A stretch of DNA of 64,000 bases from Camelus dromedarius (taxonomy: Eukaryota), in contig NC_087451.1 of assembly GCF_036321535.1 (NCBI RefSeq), forward strand, positions 27,714,001 to 27,778,000. Reading direction: 5' to 3'. The notes beneath the pieces are model-generated. The model was not told the origin of the DNA and did no database searches. It saw only the letters and a list, made by a program, of their open reading frames with translations. A program made the translations under genes and the position numbers. Of this stretch, positions 60,626 through 64,000 are shown one piece after another (the first letter of the stretch is position 1; the number at the start of each line of letters is the position of its first letter).

Positions 60626-60925
60626 GCACACCTCCCACCCCACACCCTGTCCCGTGTGTCTCACGTGTGGCTGTGTCAGAGTTGTGTCCTCTATAATAAA
60701 TGGGTACCTGTAGGTAAAGTGTTTTCCTGAGTTCTCTGAGTTTTAGTGAATTACTGAACCTGAGGGGGCAGTTGTGGGAACCCTTGAATTTGTAGTTTGC
60801 TGGCAAAAATCTGGGTAGCTTATGACTGGTGTCTGAAATGCGAGCAGTCTTGGACTGAGGCCTCAACCTGCAGGGTCTGGGCTCACTCCAGATACTCAGC
60901 GTTTAATTGAAATGTGGCACGTGTG
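60626..60925 (+). mobile_element. MER21-like LTR, 3' half only
   Basis: gagttgtgtcctctataataaa...gtaaagtgttttcctgagttct...gtgggaaccctt...ggactgaggcctcaacctg matches recalled MER21. Confidence 0.7.
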
Positions 60926-61029
60926 GTTTCAGGCAATTGGTGCGAGGGAAAAAACCTGTCAGTGGTGCATCATCCAAGTGCATGGTGTGGACTCTGTCTG
61001 GATCCTGCTGTGGATAAACCAACTGGAAC

Positions 61030-62940
61030 AGCAGTTCTGAGATGGGGAAACTGAACATGGACTGTTAAAGAGCTTATATAAACCAAACAACACCAGAAAA
61101 TCAAGATAAACCGAACAGTGGGAAACACAAGGGCATGAACAAGCAGTTCACAAAAGAAGTAAGACAAATATGCTCACTCTTCTAATGTTGCAAGAAAAGG
61201 AGTTACAATTATATGATGCCATCATTTTAGACGTTAAATTGGCAAATATATATACATTCTAAAGAGATACACACACATATATTCTAAAACATTAACACAA
61301 ACCTTTCTTGGAAAAGGCAAAACCAGGGATTTTCATATAGATGACATGATCCTACAGGTAAAAAATCTTAAGGAATCACACAAACTTTAAGAACTAGTAA
61401 ACGAGTTTAGCAAGGTTGCAGGATATAAGGTCAACATACAGAAATCAAGCAAAATGAAAATTTCAATTCAAAATGAAATTCAGCATGAAATTCAAAAATG
61501 AAATTAAGGAAATTCTATTCATGTCAATACTAAAAAGAATAAAATTCTTAGGAACAAATTTAACAATAGAAGTGCCAGACCTGACCGTAGAGTGAAAATT
61601 ATGAAATATTGCTGAGAGACATTTAAGATTAAATAGATGTATAGAAATCTCATGCTTTGGGTTGGAAGACTCAGTATCAATAAAATGTTAAGTCTCCCCA
61701 GATTGTTCTACAGATTCAATGTAATTCCTATCAATAGATGCTTTTGCAGAAATTGAGAACGGATTTTAACATTTCTATGGAAATTCAAAGGACCTAGAAT
61801 AGCCAAAACAATTTTGAAAAGAATGGTAAAGCTGGAGAACCCACACTACAGGTTTCAAAACTTACAACAAAGCTACAGTAACCAAGAGACTGTGGTGTTA
61901 AGGATAAACATATAGATTAAGGAACAAAGTTGAGTCTATAAATAAATCCTGAAGTTTATGGCGAATAGAATTTCAACAGAGGTGCCAAGACAGTTCAGTG
62001 GGGGAAATTACTAGGCTTTTCCACCTGTGCTGGGACAATCAGATATCCCTACACACGCGCGGAAGAACTTTGCCTCAACTCATGCCTTACACAGGGATTA
62101 ACTCAAAATGGAGCGTAGACCTAAATGGAAGCTGAAATTGTAAAAATAATAGGAGAAAATCTTTACAGCTTTGCCTTAGGTAAATAGTTCTTAGACACAA
62201 CATCAAAAGCATGAGCCATGAAGAAATTTTTTATAAACTTCACTAAAATAAAAGGTTTTGCTCTAACAGACATCTTTAGGAAAAGTCAAGTCAAGCCACA
62301 GAAGATGTTTACAAACCATACATCTGACAAAGGACTGCTATCCAGGACCCATTAGTCGTCTTACAATGGACGACTAACCAAATTTTAAAATGGACAAAAG
62401 ACTTGAATAGATACCTTACCAAAGAAGACTCTTCAAGAAAATGCAAATCTAACCCAGGAGACACCATGTCGCACCCACTAGGACAGGTTTAATCAAAAAG
62501 ACAGACAATGCCAAGTGTTGGCAAAGGTGTGCCCCGTTGGAACCCTCTCACCTTGTTGTCAGGGTTGTAAAATGACGTCCACCTTGGAAAACATGGGGAT
62601 TTCCACTGTGAGGAATCTACTCAAGACAAATGAACATATGTTCACGCGAAGACAGATGCTGCTGTTCACAATGGACAAAAAGGAATCCAAAGGTCCAGCT
62701 GATAAATGAATACCAACAAAATGTGGAACATTTGCACAGCGATTGGAACAAAAGCACTGACCGCAGATGGACGGCAAGACGTCAGATGATATCACAGGCC
62801 CCCAGAACGAAATGCCCAGGAAAGGCCAGCTTACAGCTGCAGGAAAGCAGGGCAGTGGCTGCCAGGGTCTGAGGGGGGTGGCTGCAGCAGTGGGCACTGA
62901 CTCAGTTGCGTAAGGGAAGCTTGGTCAGAATGATGATTAT
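61030..62940 (+). mobile_element. Decayed L1 ORF2 / 3' region (non-coding)
   Basis: A-rich, with L1 ORF2 motifs (aggttgcaggatataaggtcaacatacagaaatca; agaatagccaaaacaattttgaaaaga; aactcaaaatgga) and many stops. Confidence 0.85.
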
Positions 62941-62982
62941 GCAGCTCTACAAATTTACTGGAAAATAGTTGAACTGTAAATT

Positions 62983-63108
62983 TTGTTTTGTTGTGGGGGT
63001 AATTAGGTTTATTTACTTACTTACTATTCTAATGGAGGTGTTGGGGATTGAACCCAGGACCTCGTGCATGCTAAGCACACGCTCTACCATTGAGCTACAG
63101 CCTCCCCC
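62983..63108 (-). mobile_element. tRNA-derived camelid SINE
   Basis: gggggtaattaggtttattt...tggaggtgttggggattgaacccaggacctcgtgcatgctaagcacacgctctaccattgagctacagcctcccc. Confidence 0.9.
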
Positions 63109-63904
63109 TGAATTGTAAACTCAATGGGTGGATTTTGTAAATTATACCTCAATCAAGCTGTAAAAAAAAAAAAAATTACCTTGCCGCTCTATGTCATTAA
63201 GTATTTTTATTTAAATCATGTGAAAGGATTTAATTCATCACGGATTTTTTAAATGAACATGTTAATATTAATTACAGTGCAAATGCTCCTGGGCCGCGCA
63301 GTAATGCACTTTTGAGATCCACTATGGAGATGTTTGATATCCTAGAAGTGCTGTAGTGAACATCCTTGTAAGGAAACCTTTGTGCACAGCCACCGTTCTT
63401 TCTTCAGAACACCATTAAGGTTCAAGTTGTACCTTCTCGGCACTACCCCCCCGGCCCCGCCCCACCCCGCGCTCTCCCATCTCTTAGGGTCTCTGCTAAT
63501 TAGCTAAAAAGGTTCAAAATAGCATCCTTCCTCCCTCATGATGGTGCAGTCATGTCACATCCCGAGGGGTCTAGTTCCTACAGGTCCTACCTGCACCCAC
63601 AGAAAGGATGGAGGGCAGGGACATGGTGTCAGCACTGGGGTGTGGTGTCAACAGCTGGTCTCGGCTGTGGTAGACTCTATAGGACCAGTGGCCCTGGTAC
63701 TCCCACAGGGCACTGCAGGGAGTGGCCCTGGTCCTCCCATGGGACACTGCAGGGAGCGGTGAGGATGATCTTGCTGATGAAGACACACAACCGATGCAAC
63801 GTATAAAGCTTAACTAGATTCTGATTCAAAGAGAAAGTAAAAGAACTCAGTACAAGCAAGGAAAATACTGGTTAGATCTTTAATGATATTTGTTAATTGT
63901 ATTG

Positions 63905-64000
63905 GCCGGTATTCCAGGCACCTACTGCTCTGTAAGAAATTACTCCAAAACCCGGTGTAAAACATACTTTATTGTGCTTACAGATTCTGAAGGTAAGGGA
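63905..64000 (+). mobile_element. Start of an MLT1-like MaLR LTR (cut by the window end)
   Basis: ctactgctctgtaagaaattactccaaaac...tttattgtgcttacagattctg resembles an MLT1 5' end. Confidence 0.5.

Overview
Mammalian genomic DNA, very GC-rich and gene-dense, syntenic with human 17q25.3. The tRNA-derived SINEs and L1 3' ends look camelid (alpaca/camel-like), and I saw no Alu, Bov-A/tA, PRE-1 or CAN-SINE. Gene order: NOTUM (+, last 5 exons only), MYADML2 (+), PYCR1 (+), MAFG (+), SIRT7 (+), PCYT2 (+), NPB (-), ANAPC11 (-), ALYREF (+), then about 6 kb of old LINE/LTR debris. I reconstructed exon structures by hand from splice signals and recalled orthologous proteins; summed lengths give intact ORFs of expected size. 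Four N-runs hide parts of PYCR1 exon 6, the MAFG promoter, the MAFG bZIP region and the ALYREF 3' UTR. I found no new protein-coding system. The best second-look items are: a ~92-bp copy of ALYREF intron 2 lodged at a LINE/LTR junction 6.5 kb away; a perfect palindromic MARE plus two AREs inside MAFG's own intron 1; a MAFG poly(A) site abutting the SIRT7 promoter, with a similar SIRT7/PCYT2 junction; a candidate truncating 3' splice site in SIRT7 intron 9; a U12 intron splitting the PCYT2 HxGH motif; and two L1MC remnants sharing derived changes. Repeat family names and ortholog comparisons come from memory, not database searches.
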